Assembly: GCA_013151025.1 (NCBI GenBank)
Contig: JAADJC010000061.1
Coordinates: 25,419 to 89,418, forward strand
DNA: 64,000 nucleotides
Reading direction: 5' to 3'
DNA from: Acidobacteriota bacterium
GTDB taxonomy: Bacteria; Acidobacteriota; Holophagae; Thermotomaculales; Thermotomaculaceae
Shown in pieces: positions 1-9,887 of the stretch; the first letter of the stretch is position 1, and every line of letters starts with the position of its first letter. A program made the position numbers and the translations under genes. The notes under the pieces were generated by a model. The model was not told where the DNA came from. It did not search any database and was given only the letters and a program-made list of their open reading frames with translations.

Positions 1-827
1 TCAGCCCCTATGATGAACGGCTCCACCGGGCCAGAGGATTTTCAGGCTCTGTCCAAAGTGCCGCGAACATCCGGAAATGCGTGGCAGGCAGTGACCTGCT
101 CACCGGCAAATTGAAGGTAAAAGTACAGGACGCGTACTCCATGCGGTCCACTCCCCAGGTTATCGGTGCTGTCAGAGACGCACTGAACTACGCCCGATCC
201 CAGGTGGAAATTGAATTAAACGGTGTCGGGGACAATCCGGTTTTCTTCCCGGATGAGGGAATCCAGATATCCGGCGCTAATTTTCAGGGAACGCCTGTGG
301 CACTGCCGATGGAAATGGTCGGTATGGCCGTCACAATGGTCAGCATCATTTCCGAACGCCGCATGAACCGCTTGAACAACCCGGCATTGAGCGAGGGATT
401 GCCCCCCTTCCTGACCAAAGGCGCCGGCATGTTCTCGGGTCTCATGCTGAGTCAGTACACTGCGGACATGCAGATTGTGGAACAGAAAATTCTCTCCACA
501 CCGGCAGCCATTCAGTCCATTCCCGCAGCGGCAGACCAGGAAGATTTTGTCTCCATGGGCATGAACACAGCACAGAAAAACTTCCAGATTCTGGACAACG
601 CCTACGGTGTGCTGGGAATTGAATTCATGGCAGCGGCCCAGGCACTGGATTTCCGTGATTTCACCTTTGGTCGGGGTGTTCAAAACGCGAAGGACACAAT
701 CCGGAAACACGTGGAATTCCTTGACATTGACCGGCCCCTGTACAAAGACCACAACACCATGAAAAAACTTGTGGAAGAACTGCCTATCCTTCATGCAGTG
801 GAAGCAGTAACCGGAACGCTGAATTAG
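1..827 (+). CDS. hutH: Histidine ammonia-lyase, C-terminal part (5' end outside window)
   Basis: Frame 3 is open from the window edge. The translation (DERLHRARGF..., STPQVIGAVRDAL, GDNPVFFPDEG, GANFQGTPVALPMEM, SIPAAADQEDFVSMG) matches the conserved HAL/PAL family core and C-terminus. Confidence 0.9.
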   Translation, partial: SPYDERLHRARGFSGSVQSAANIRKCVAGSDLLTGKLKVKVQDAYSMRSTPQVIGAVRDALNYARSQVEIELNGVGDNPVFFPDEGIQISGANFQGTPVALPMEMVGMAVTMVSIISERRMNRLNNPALSEGLPPFLTKGAGMFSGLMLSQYTADMQIVEQKILSTPAAIQSIPAAADQEDFVSMGMNTAQKNFQILDNAYGVLGIEFMAAAQALDFRDFTFGRGVQNAKDTIRKHVEFLDIDRPLYKDHNTMKKLVEELPILHAVEAVTGTLN

Positions 828-847
828 GGAAAAATAGAAGGTCGCCT

Positions 848-1792
848 ATGAAGGTTTTTATCACAAAACGAATCCCGGACACAGGAATCCAATTCCTCCG
901 GAACAAGGGATATGAAGTGGTAATTCGGGACAGGGGTGGATTAATTTCTGCAGAAGAGATTGTCCACGGTATACGGGATTTCGACGGCATGATTTCCATG
1001 TTATCCGACCCCATCGGGGCCGACGTACTGGCAGAGGTCAAGAAATGCCGAATTATTGCCAACTACGCGGTGGGAACCAACAACATCGACATAAAAACGG
1101 CAAAAAAACTGGGCATCACCGTAACCAACACACCGGACGTGCTGACAGAAGCAACTGCGGAGCTGGCAATGACATTGCTGCTGACTGCCTCCCGCCGTGT
1201 CGTGGCGGGAGATCGGTTTGCAAGGGAAGGGAACTTTCAGGGCTGGGAGCCCCTCCTTTTCCTTGGAAAAGGACTGGACGGAAAAACCGTGGGGGTTGTC
1301 GGCATGGGCCGCATCGGGCGGGTTTTTGCCCGGATGGTGTCCGGCTTCAAAGCGCATGTGATATACCACTCCCGCACGAAACAGGACGTCTCCTACCCTC
1401 TTGTTGATTTTGACACCCTGCTGAAAGAATCCGACTTCATCTCATTGCATCTGCCATTAGCACTGGAATCCCGTCACATGTTCACTGAACATCAATTCAA
1501 CAAAATGAAAAATGGCGTCGTTTTTATCAACACGGCAAGGGGCCCCATTGTCCGGGAAAAAGACCTTGTGGCAGCACTGAACTCAGGAAAAATCTCCTTC
1601 GCCGGGCTGGATGTCTACGAATTTGAACCGGAAATCACCGAAGAACTGAAAAAAATGGACAACGTCGTACTCCTGCCACATATCGGTTCCGCCACCGAAA
1701 AAGCCCGAAACCACATGGCCATTCTCGCCGCCCGGAACATCGACGCGGTGCTGAAGGGGGAAGCACCGCTCACAGCGGTGCAGGTTGAGTAA
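848..1792 (+). CDS. D-isomer-specific 2-hydroxyacid dehydrogenase (glyoxylate/hydroxypyruvate reductase-like)
   Basis: NAD-binding GVVGMGRIGRVFA motif, NTPDVLTEATAEL, a catalytic PHIGSAT-type motif, and a typical 314-aa length. Confidence 0.85.
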   Translation: MKVFITKRIPDTGIQFLRNKGYEVVIRDRGGLISAEEIVHGIRDFDGMISMLSDPIGADVLAEVKKCRIIANYAVGTNNIDIKTAKKLGITVTNTPDVLTEATAELAMTLLLTASRRVVAGDRFAREGNFQGWEPLLFLGKGLDGKTVGVVGMGRIGRVFARMVSGFKAHVIYHSRTKQDVSYPLVDFDTLLKESDFISLHLPLALESRHMFTEHQFNKMKNGVVFINTARGPIVREKDLVAALNSGKISFAGLDVYEFEPEITEELKKMDNVVLLPHIGSATEKARNHMAILAARNIDAVLKGEAPLTAVQVE

Positions 1793-1952
1793 AGAGTGGG
1801 AATCTTCCAATGATTGCCCATGGCCAACTCCCTGATTTCATACCCTCTTCCCATCCCAGGGAGACACACCCCGAAGTACGTTGAATCTTTTCTTTCCAGA
1901 ATCATGGATTGTGCTAAAATCAGGGAAATTCTTCTGAAGAAAGGAGTGGATT

Positions 1953-2555
1953 ATGAAATCAAGATGGATTATCCCGGCAATTCTGGTTCTTTTCGCGGTA
2001 GTTCCGTCCATTAATGCAATGGATCTGGGTAAAGTTCCAAAAACAGTTCAGCTCTCCGATAAGAAGGGGGGCCGCGTAGACGGTACGCCTTGGTCATCTA
2101 CTGAAATCAAAGGGAAAGTTTATACGTTGATGTATGTGGACCCGGACGCGAAAAACATGAACATTCCCACCGAGAAGGCATTGAAAGCCCAGAATTTCCC
2201 GAAAGATTTGTACGGATCCATTGCCGTCATCAACATGGAGGCAACCTGGAAGCCCAATATCATCATCAACAAGATTCTCAAAGGGAAACAGAAAGACTAC
2301 CCGGACACCATCTATGTCCGTGACATGGATTACTACATTGCCAAGGCATGGGATCTGAAGAAAAACGGAAGCTATGCGATTCTCTGTTTTGACCCGGAAG
2401 GAAAACTGATTTTCCTGAAAGATGGGAAGCTTGCCCCCTCCGACACACAAAAATTGATCGGCATTATCAAAAAAGCACTGGAACCGAAACCTGAAGAAGC
2501 TGCTCCAGCTGAGGAGACAGATGCGGCGCCTATAGAAAAAGACGGAATAAACTGA
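1953..2555 (+). CDS. Secreted YtfJ-family (thioredoxin-fold) protein
   Basis: N-terminal signal peptide. Collinear similarity to E. coli YtfJ as I recall it (GKV..., AWDL, ILCFDPEGKL, KDGKLAPSDTQKL). Confidence 0.7.
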   Translation: MKSRWIIPAILVLFAVVPSINAMDLGKVPKTVQLSDKKGGRVDGTPWSSTEIKGKVYTLMYVDPDAKNMNIPTEKALKAQNFPKDLYGSIAVINMEATWKPNIIINKILKGKQKDYPDTIYVRDMDYYIAKAWDLKKNGSYAILCFDPEGKLIFLKDGKLAPSDTQKLIGIIKKALEPKPEEAAPAEETDAAPIEKDGIN

Positions 2556-2605
2556 GTCAGTAGTGTTGCCTGAGGCAATATTACCGTAAGTTTACCAAAA
2601 AGAGA

Positions 2606-3277
2606 ATGATGGGAGAATGCGTGCAACCTGACACTGTGGTTCTGATTCATGGCCTTGCCCGGACCCATCGTTCCATGTCAAAGATGGGCAAGGCACTCAG
2701 AGCCGAGGGATTTTCGACAGTTTTTCTCAGCCATCCATCCAGAAAACACAACCTGGATATATTGAGTCAACAGTACATTGTCCCTGAGCTTAAAGAAATA
2801 TTGTCCGCCGCCCATGAACCGGTGCATTTTGTAACCCATTCCATGGGCGGCATTCTTCTGCGGCTGGCTCTTCCCCACTTGGCTGTGGAAAATATCAGTA
2901 GAATTGTAATGCTTGCACCGCCGAATCATGGTTCTGAAATTGTGGAGAAAATGTGCAAATTCGCATGGTTTCGGTCATTCTTCGGGCCAGCTGCCCTGGA
3001 ATTGAACACAGCGAACCAGGATTTTCTCAAAAAACTGCCCCCTTTGCCCAATCACTGCGGGATTATTGCCGGTGACCGATCCGCTTTCCATCTCTTTGAC
3101 AAAGTTCTTCCCCGCCCCCACGATGGAACTGTGAGCGTGGCCAGCACGCGGGAAGCGGGGGCCAGTGCATATCTGATACTGCACTTCAGCCATCCTTTTA
3201 TCATGAGAGCAGACAGGGTTATCACAGAAACAATTCATTTCCTTCAGACCGGTAAATTTTCGAATTCTCCTGAATGA
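2606..3277 (+). CDS. Alpha/beta-fold hydrolase (esterase/lipase-like)
   Basis: VVLIHGL oxyanion region, nucleophile elbow HSMGG, and C-terminal D/H candidates. Confidence 0.75.
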   Translation: MMGECVQPDTVVLIHGLARTHRSMSKMGKALRAEGFSTVFLSHPSRKHNLDILSQQYIVPELKEILSAAHEPVHFVTHSMGGILLRLALPHLAVENISRIVMLAPPNHGSEIVEKMCKFAWFRSFFGPAALELNTANQDFLKKLPPLPNHCGIIAGDRSAFHLFDKVLPRPHDGTVSVASTREAGASAYLILHFSHPFIMRADRVITETIHFLQTGKFSNSPE

Positions 3278-3383
3278 AGACAAGTAAATAAACCTCACGG
3301 CAGAAGGAGAAGAGAGTAGAAAAGGTTGAGGAAAGACATAGAACCCGCCATTGGCCGTCCATCATTAACTCTTTCTTTGTTAC

Positions 3384-3427
3384 CTAACATCTAACATCTG
3401 ACATCTGACATCCGGCGCACTGCGCCG
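3384..3427 (-). repeat. Gene-end hairpin plus 4 tandem heptads
   Basis: CGGCGC-ACT-GCGCCG (3413-3427) lies 4 nt downstream of the pilT-like stop. In the transcription direction it is followed by GATGTCA GATGTCA GATGTTA GATGTTA (3384-3411). Confidence 0.8.
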
Positions 3428-3431
3428 CAAA

Positions 3432-4784
3432 CTATCCCAATCCTTTTGTTTTCAAGGTCTTTTTAAGATCATCGGGTTCCGTACTTCGGGCCAATGCATC
3501 CTGCGGGTTCACCAGTCCCTTTTCTATCAAAATCACAAGAGCGTCGTTCATCAATTGCATTCCCAGCACTTTCCCCGTCTGCATGAGAGAGGGTATCTGG
3601 AATGTTTTGCTCTCACGAATCAGATTGGCTACTGACGGCGTCACAATGAGAACTTCATAGGCTGCGATTCTGCCACCGCCTTTTTTCCTGCACAGAACTT
3701 GAGACACAACTCCCACCAATGAATCCGAAAGCATAACCCGAATCTGTGCCTGCTGATCCACCGGAAACTGATCCACAATCCGGTCCACTGTCCCCACAGC
3801 GGTAGCGGTGTGAAGGGTACCCAGAACCAGATGGCCGGTCACCGCCATTTCCACCGCAATAGCTATAGTCTCCAGATCCCGCATCTCACCCACAAGAATC
3901 ACATCCGGGTCCTCCCGGAGGGCTGAACGCAGTGATTTTTTGAAAGATTCGGTATGGGTATGGATCTCCCTCTGGTTCACATGGGATCTTTTATTTTCAT
4001 GGATAAATTCCAGCGGATCTTCAATGGTAATAATGTGTTTACTCTGGGTCTGGTTGATAAAATCCACTAAAGAAGCCAGTGTTGTTGATTTCCCACTGCC
4101 GGTGGGCCCGGTAACCAGAATCAACCCCTTGCTGAGGCTTGTCAATGCCACCACTTCTTTGGGCACACCCAGAGCCTCCAGAGAAAGTATTTCAGAAGGA
4201 ATGACACGAAAGACCACACATGCACCCCGGTGATCCCGGAATATGTTGGTCCGAAACCGCGCCAGCCCCGGCACTGAATAGGCAAGATCCACGTCATTTG
4301 TCTCCCTGAATTGCTCCAGAGCACTTTCCGGCACAATGGACTTCAATTGTTCAAGAAGTTCATTTTCAGTGACAGAACTGTATTCATTCAAAGTTTCAAT
4401 GTCTCCATCCAGACGGATAATCGGCCGACAACCGGAAGACAGGTGCAAATCAGATGCGCCTTTCTCCACAATTAATTTAAGGAGTTTCTTAATGTTGAAT
4501 TCTTTAATTTCCTGAGTAGATGGCTTTTCATATGTAAAAACAAGTTTTCCGCCTTGATTTGACATGCGAAAAACATCCGTGCCTATTTTTACAAAACCCC
4601 GGCCCTCTGAAATCGCCTGCCATTCGGAAAGAAGCATCCCGATTTCCTTTTCGCCAAGAGGTGCCCTGGTCAGGTTTCGAGTTCCCTCACGCACAATTGC
4701 AAACGGGATTTGACCTTTACTGACTTCCAGCCCTGTTCCTTTCAATTGCAGAACAGCTCCCAGCATTTTCTCAATATTTGTCAT
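3432..4784 (-). CDS. pilT: PilT-family type IV pilus retraction-type ATPase with a ~105-aa N-terminal extension
   Basis: ASDLHL, Walker A GPTGSGKST, Asp box, Walker B DVILVGEMRD, His box TGHLVLGTLHT. The start overlaps the upstream gene by 4 nt (ATGA). Confidence 0.85.
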   Translation of the reverse strand: MTNIEKMLGAVLQLKGTGLEVSKGQIPFAIVREGTRNLTRAPLGEKEIGMLLSEWQAISEGRGFVKIGTDVFRMSNQGGKLVFTYEKPSTQEIKEFNIKKLLKLIVEKGASDLHLSSGCRPIIRLDGDIETLNEYSSVTENELLEQLKSIVPESALEQFRETNDVDLAYSVPGLARFRTNIFRDHRGACVVFRVIPSEILSLEALGVPKEVVALTSLSKGLILVTGPTGSGKSTTLASLVDFINQTQSKHIITIEDPLEFIHENKRSHVNQREIHTHTESFKKSLRSALREDPDVILVGEMRDLETIAIAVEMAVTGHLVLGTLHTATAVGTVDRIVDQFPVDQQAQIRVMLSDSLVGVVSQVLCRKKGGGRIAAYEVLIVTPSVANLIRESKTFQIPSLMQTGKVLGMQLMNDALVILIEKGLVNPQDALARSTEPDDLKKTLKTKGLG

Positions 4785-5221
4785 TGATCCGTCGCCGTCG
4801 AAATCATCGTTTTGTTTACAAATAAACGTGCATTTTCAAAAATAAATTCAAGAAAGATGGTGTCAAGGTTGAGATAATCCTGAATTCGGCTGTGACTTTC
4901 CGGAAGCCTCTCTCCCATCTGACACGTAAAGACTTTTCCATCCTTTAACGCCAACACAATGTGCTTTCCCCTTCCGCCGATACTTTCCGAGTCATCCAGG
5001 AAGGCCATGATGCACCCGATGTTGATGATGTCAACTTTTCCATTCAGTTCGACCGGAACGAAATCTAAACCTGAATTGAGAAATTCCAAAACCGTTTCCG
5101 GTCCATGATCATAACGGGATGCGCTACTCAAAAAGAGACGGCAATCTTGAAAATCTGTGTGTCTCTCTCGCATAATTTGGAGTTTGATGGGAATTTTCGG
5201 AACCGTAAAATCCTTATTCAT
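4781..5221 (-). CDS. Hypothetical 146-aa protein, translationally coupled between the cNMP/FHA gene and the PilT-like gene
   Basis: The internal ATG at 5221 overlaps the upstream stop as ATGAATAA. The stop overlaps the pilT-like ATG. I recognised no domain. Confidence 0.6.
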   Translation of the reverse strand: MNKDFTVPKIPIKLQIMRERHTDFQDCRLFLSSASRYDHGPETVLEFLNSGLDFVPVELNGKVDIINIGCIMAFLDDSESIGGRGKHIVLALKDGKVFTCQMGERLPESHSRIQDYLNLDTIFLEFIFENARLFVNKTMISTATDQ

Positions 5222-5954
5222 CAATTCTCTCCGAGTATTCGCAGGCAACCAGGCCAAAATGAATTCTATCTCCATCTGTAACCGGATACCGCCGACCTGA
5301 TTCCAGCTTTTCTCCGTTGAGGTAGGTTCCATTAATCACGCCCATTTCCTCTTCCAGAAAACTTTCGCCATTCTCCCTCAGAACAACCGCATGTTTCCTG
5401 GAAACGGTTTTCTGCGGGTCAAACATACTGATATCAATGTCGGGACAGATACCGATTGTAGGGTCGTATCGGCCAATGAGATTTCGTTTCAGTGCCAGAG
5501 GAAACACCTGGTCGCTCCCCAATACCTTTAAGAGAGCGAACATATCAGATGATTTTCTAAAACCGGTTCGTTTAACCAGTTCATCAATCTTTTGTGTGGC
5601 ATCGCTGAGTCGCTCGGAGAATTTACGAATCATTTTGACCGCAATTTCAGGGTTTTTTCGTATCAGTGTCATGAACATTTCACGGTTAATCACTACGACT
5701 CTGGTATCTTCCATCGCCACCGCACTCTCATAGCGCTTTCCAGCTTTAATCACACCCAGCTCGCCGAAGATGTCCCCTTTCTGGTAGATACCGAGATCAA
5801 TCTGCTGGTCGGTAGAGTCTTTCTTAAAGAGTTTTACTGATCCGCTGGAAACGACGAACATAACAGATGCATTGTTTCCGTCGTTGTAAACCAGTTCCCC
5901 TTTTTTATATTCTACCTGTAAATTTTTGAAAGGATCTGCCAAAAAGTCCCCCAT
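5214..5954 (-). CDS. Cyclic-nucleotide-binding domain + FHA domain protein
   Basis: N-terminal CAP-family cNMP-binding fold (GDIFGELGV..., RYESAVA). C-terminal FHA signature (IGR...VSRKHAVV...NGTYLNGEKL...GDRIHFG). Confidence 0.85.
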   Translation of the reverse strand: MGDFLADPFKNLQVEYKKGELVYNDGNNASVMFVVSSGSVKLFKKDSTDQQIDLGIYQKGDIFGELGVIKAGKRYESAVAMEDTRVVVINREMFMTLIRKNPEIAVKMIRKFSERLSDATQKIDELVKRTGFRKSSDMFALLKVLGSDQVFPLALKRNLIGRYDPTIGICPDIDISMFDPQKTVSRKHAVVLRENGESFLEEEMGVINGTYLNGEKLESGRRYPVTDGDRIHFGLVACEYSERIDE

Positions 5955-6004
5955 ATAAAATAGAAGGGCCGGGAATAAAGCACCCCAGGCCCTGATTTAT
6001 ATCG

Positions 6005-8248
6005 CTACTGGGCTTCCACAACCGTCAATGCCGCCATGTTGAGAATTTCTTTCAATTCCGCATGCTTCTGCAGAATGTTCACCGGCTGCTTGAATCCAAC
6101 CAGCACCGGACCGACTACTGTGGCACCACCAAGGCGCTGTAACAGTTTGTATGAGATATTACCGGCATCCAGATCCGGAAAAATCAGGACATTTGCCCCA
6201 CCCTGCAAAGTGCTGAAGGGATAATGATCTTCCATAATTTCCGGAACTACCGCAGTATCTGCCTGCATCTCCCCGTCAATGAGAATATGCGGTGCTTTTT
6301 TCCGTACCAGTCTAACGGCTTCCCTCATTTTCCTCGCATACTGATGATCCGCACTTCCGAAGTTGGAAAAGGACAGCATCGCCACTTTGGGTTCCACGTT
6401 GAAATTACGCGCATAATCCGACACCTGGATCGCAATGTCGGCCAGCTCTTCCGCATTCGGCGTAATGTTCATGGTCGTATCGGCAAAAAACAGGAGTTTA
6501 CCTTTTACAATCACAATATACAAACCGGCAACCTTGCTTACCCCTTCCTTTCTCTCAATGAGCTCCAGACCTGGCCGCACGATTGTGGGATAATTATGGG
6601 TCAGACCGCCAAGAAGGCCATCTGCCCGGCCTTTCCGAACCATCATGGCCCCAAAGTAATGGGGATCCAGCATCCTTTTCTGCGCATCGGTCGGCGTAAC
6701 TCCTTTTCGTTTTCTGAGATTGTAATACTCGGAAACATAATCGGGATAATCATCATCATTCAGCGGGCAGACAATCTCCACATCCTTCTCAGAAATGCCG
6801 TGATGGTGAAGTATTGCTTTCACCTCTTCATCGTCAACGCTGATAAGAATCGGTTTCAGTACGCCATCCGTAATCAGTTCGCGGCAGGCAGACAGTATCT
6901 GTTCATTGTCACCTTCCGGAAAAGCAATCCGCTTCGGATTTGCCTTTGCCTTGTCAAAAATAACCTGCAGAAACTCCCGTGATTTGTCCAGAAGCATTTC
7001 AAGCCGGGCGCGATATTCATCAAAATCCTTAATCGGTTTCAGTGCGACGCCACTGTCCATGGCTGCTTTGGCAATTGCCGGTGCTTCCCAGTACAGAACA
7101 CGGGGGTCAAATGGCTTCGGGATGATATAATTACGGCCAAACTTGAATTTCTCGCCACCATAAGCGCGGGTCACGTAATCCGGTACCTCTTCTTTGGCAA
7201 GATCAGCCAGTGCATGGACTGCAGCCTTCATTTCTTCATTGATCTGGGTTGCCCGGACATCCAGTGCACCGCGAAAAATAAATGGAAAACCCAGCACATT
7301 ATTCACCTGGTTGGGGTAATCTGAACGCCCGGTGGCCATAATGGCATCATCCCTGATCTCCGCCACCTCTTCCGGAGTGATTTCCGGGTCCGGGTTTGCC
7401 ATTGCGAAGATAATCGGGTCTTTCTCCATTGTTTTGACCATTTCTTTCGTCAAAATTCCCTTGGCAGACACACCAATAAACACATCTGAGCCCTGCATTG
7501 CATCTCCCAGGGTACGAAGATCTGTGTCTCTGGCAAATTCTTCCTTATACGGATTCATCCCCTCCGTACGTCCCTTAAAAATTATACCCTTGCTGTCTGT
7601 CATAAACACATTGTCTTTTCTCACACCCAAATGTACAAACAACTTGGCACATGCAATCCCGGCAGATCCTGCACCGGCAAACACACATTTTACATCCTCA
7701 ATTTTTTTGTCGGTTATCTCCAGCGCGTTGAGAAATGCGGCTGCACAAATAATGGCAGTGCCGTGCTGGTCATCATGAAAAACAGGAATGTCGAGTTTTT
7801 TCTTCAACTCCTCTTCCACATAAAAGCATTCCGGCGCCTTGATATCTTCAAGGTTAATCCCGCCGAAAGTGGGAGCCAGAAGCTGCACTGCTTTAACAAT
7901 CTCATCCGGGTCTTCCGTGTCCAGGTTGATATCATAGACATCCACATCCGCAAAACGTTTGAACAGGACGCCCTTTCCTTCCATAACCGGCTTTCCGGCC
8001 AGAGCCCCTATATTCCCCAGTCCCAGAACTGCCGTTCCATTGGAAACCACACCCACCAGGTTTCCCTTGTTTGTGTATTCGTACGCAAGGCTTGGGTCTT
8101 TCTCAATTTCCAGGCAAGGAACAGCCACGCCCGGAGTATAAGCCAGAGCCAGATCCTTTGATGTTTCGCACGGTTTGCATGGGGTGACTTCCAGTTTGCC
8201 CTTTCGACCTTCCCCGTGGTACGCTAAAGCGTCTTCCCGTAAACCCAT
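6005..8248 (-). CDS. maeB: NADP-dependent malic enzyme with C-terminal phosphotransacetylase-like domain
   Basis: 747 aa. Malic enzyme N-terminal and NAD(P)-binding motifs ([15 protein letters not shown]) followed by a PTA-like domain. Confidence 0.92.
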   Translation of the reverse strand: MGLREDALAYHGEGRKGKLEVTPCKPCETSKDLALAYTPGVAVPCLEIEKDPSLAYEYTNKGNLVGVVSNGTAVLGLGNIGALAGKPVMEGKGVLFKRFADVDVYDINLDTEDPDEIVKAVQLLAPTFGGINLEDIKAPECFYVEEELKKKLDIPVFHDDQHGTAIICAAAFLNALEITDKKIEDVKCVFAGAGSAGIACAKLFVHLGVRKDNVFMTDSKGIIFKGRTEGMNPYKEEFARDTDLRTLGDAMQGSDVFIGVSAKGILTKEMVKTMEKDPIIFAMANPDPEITPEEVAEIRDDAIMATGRSDYPNQVNNVLGFPFIFRGALDVRATQINEEMKAAVHALADLAKEEVPDYVTRAYGGEKFKFGRNYIIPKPFDPRVLYWEAPAIAKAAMDSGVALKPIKDFDEYRARLEMLLDKSREFLQVIFDKAKANPKRIAFPEGDNEQILSACRELITDGVLKPILISVDDEEVKAILHHHGISEKDVEIVCPLNDDDYPDYVSEYYNLRKRKGVTPTDAQKRMLDPHYFGAMMVRKGRADGLLGGLTHNYPTIVRPGLELIERKEGVSKVAGLYIVIVKGKLLFFADTTMNITPNAEELADIAIQVSDYARNFNVEPKVAMLSFSNFGSADHQYARKMREAVRLVRKKAPHILIDGEMQADTAVVPEIMEDHYPFSTLQGGANVLIFPDLDAGNISYKLLQRLGGATVVGPVLVGFKQPVNILQKHAELKEILNMAALTVVEAQ

Positions 8249-8279
8249 AACATTTCTCCTCGAAAAAATTTACAGGTTC

Positions 8280-8307
8280 ATTGTAACGCATCAGAATTCC
8301 TTTGCAA
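8280..8307 (-). promoter_or_regulatory. Candidate sigma70-type promoter of maeB
   Basis: On the minus strand TTGCAA-N16-TACAAT, 31 nt upstream of the ATG, followed by a GAGGAG Shine-Dalgarno. Confidence 0.4.
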
Positions 8308-8318
8308 CGCTTTTCAAG

Positions 8319-8347
8319 TTGCAGCTATCCCTTTTGTCTTTTACAAT
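8319..8347 (+). promoter_or_regulatory. Candidate sigma70-type promoter of the transketolase-udk-ftsEX operon
   Basis: TTGCAG-N17-TACAAT, about 58 nt upstream of the first in-frame ATG. Confidence 0.4.
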
Positions 8348-8405
8348 GGGTGTACACAAGAAAGGGCGGTCCCGGCACACCGTATGCTTCCTGTTTGCCA
8401 TTTGT

Positions 8406-9266
8406 ATGGGAAAAAGCCTGTTAATTTTCGACGTGGAGGATAGCTTGAATCAAGATGAAGTGAAACGATTAAAAGCATTGGCCCGGAAGTTCAGAAGAGA
8501 AATCGTGGAAATGGTATACACCGCCCAGTCAGGCCACCCCGGCGGATCCCTGTCCATTATTGACATTTTAACCTACCTGTTTTTTCACGAAATGAAATAT
8601 CCGGTAAAAAACCGGGATGTTTTTTCGACAGACCGCCTCGTGATGAGCAAGGGACACGCGACCCCTGCCCTCTATTCCTGCCTCGCGGAAAAAGGGTTTT
8701 TCCCTGAAGCGGAATTGAAACGCTTTCGCCAGATTGATTCCATCCTTCAGGGGCACCCTGAAAATGAATTTGTCCCCGGCGTTGATGTAACCACCGGTTC
8801 CCTTGGGCAGGGATTCCCACAGGCGGTGGGAATGGCACTGGGTATGCGTCTGGCCGGATCCGACAAGCATGTATTTGCCATTATGGGAGACGGCGAATGC
8901 CAGGAAGGCATTATCTGGGAAGCCGCCATGTCCGCCGGCCATTACAAAACCGACAAGCTCACAGCGGTAGTAGATCTCAACGGGCTCCAGATTGACGGTA
9001 ACGTGAAAGATGTGATGAATGTCAACCCCGTTCCGGACAAGTTTGCCGCATCTCACTGGCATGTCCAGGAGATTGACGGCCACGATTTTAACGAAATTGA
9101 CAAAGCGGTCCGGACCGCCCATGCTGTAACAGATAAGCCATCCGTCATTATTGCCCACACCGTTAAAGGAAAAGGAGTTTCCTTTATGGAAAACAACTAT
9201 AAATTCCACGGTTCTCCCCCCAATGACGAACAATTCAAAATCGCCATGAAAGAGCTGGCCCCATGA
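8406..9266 (+). CDS. Transketolase, N-terminal (TPP-binding) subunit
   Basis: SGHPGGSLS, GDGECQEG and GLQIDG motifs. ATG 8406 is the first plausible start. TTG 8445 has a much better SD (GGAGGA, 5-nt spacing) and may be the true start. The ORF-track start at 8175 overlaps maeB. Confidence 0.85.
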   Translation: MGKSLLIFDVEDSLNQDEVKRLKALARKFRREIVEMVYTAQSGHPGGSLSIIDILTYLFFHEMKYPVKNRDVFSTDRLVMSKGHATPALYSCLAEKGFFPEAELKRFRQIDSILQGHPENEFVPGVDVTTGSLGQGFPQAVGMALGMRLAGSDKHVFAIMGDGECQEGIIWEAAMSAGHYKTDKLTAVVDLNGLQIDGNVKDVMNVNPVPDKFAASHWHVQEIDGHDFNEIDKAVRTAHAVTDKPSVIIAHTVKGKGVSFMENNYKFHGSPPNDEQFKIAMKELAP

Positions 9267-9883
9267 AAAACCTGCTTATCGGCATTGCGGGGGGTACCGG
9301 TTCCGGCAAAACCTCCTTCGCGAAAGAAATCATGCGCCGCTTTCCCGGAAACGAAATTGTATTGATGGATCAGGACTCCTACTACAAAGATCTGGGACAC
9401 CTCCCTCTCGAAGACCGGAGAAAAATCAACTTTGACCACCCCAACTCGGTGGATTTTGACATGCTGATTCACCACATGCGGGAACTGAAAAAGGGAAACC
9501 CGGTGGAAAAACCAGTGTACGACTACACCGCACACACCCGCAAGCCCGGCAACTTTCTAAAAATTGAACCCCGTAAAGTTATCATTCTTGAAGGTATCCT
9601 CATTTTCGTATTTCCGGAATTGAGAGAGCTCATTGACATCAAACTATACGTGGATACCGACGCGGATGTCCGGGTTCTCCGACGGATTCTCCGGGACATC
9701 CATGAGCGGGGCCGGGACCTGCAGAACGTAATTGATCAGTACCTGGGACAGGTCAAACTCATGCATGAAGAGTTTGTGGAACCCTCCAAGCGGTGGGCAG
9801 ACATTATCATCCCGGAAGGCGCCCATAACACCACCGCCCTTGATTTTGTTGAAAATCGAATAAAAACACTGTTGACGGAGTAG
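9263..9883 (+). CDS. udk: Uridine kinase
   Basis: P-loop GIAGGTGSGKTS, DSYYKD, NFDHPNSVDFD and ILEGIL motifs. ATGA overlap with the upstream stop. Confidence 0.9.
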   Translation: MKNLLIGIAGGTGSGKTSFAKEIMRRFPGNEIVLMDQDSYYKDLGHLPLEDRRKINFDHPNSVDFDMLIHHMRELKKGNPVEKPVYDYTAHTRKPGNFLKIEPRKVIILEGILIFVFPELRELIDIKLYVDTDADVRVLRRILRDIHERGRDLQNVIDQYLGQVKLMHEEFVEPSKRWADIIIPEGAHNTTALDFVENRIKTLLTE

Positions 9884-9887
9884 AAAA

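Noticed and set aside
3384-3411. Heptad arrays as CRISPR or as coding tandem repeats
   Set aside because: The units are 7 nt with no spacers, 3-5 copies only, and there are no cas genes. The period is not a multiple of 3, and the arrays lie outside ORFs.
8175-8405. 77-codon N-terminal extension of the transketolase ORF
   Set aside because: It overlaps the maeB start and both divergent promoters. The translation is unlike any transketolase N-terminus. Better starts exist at 8406 (ATG) and 8445 (TTG with a GGAGGA SD).
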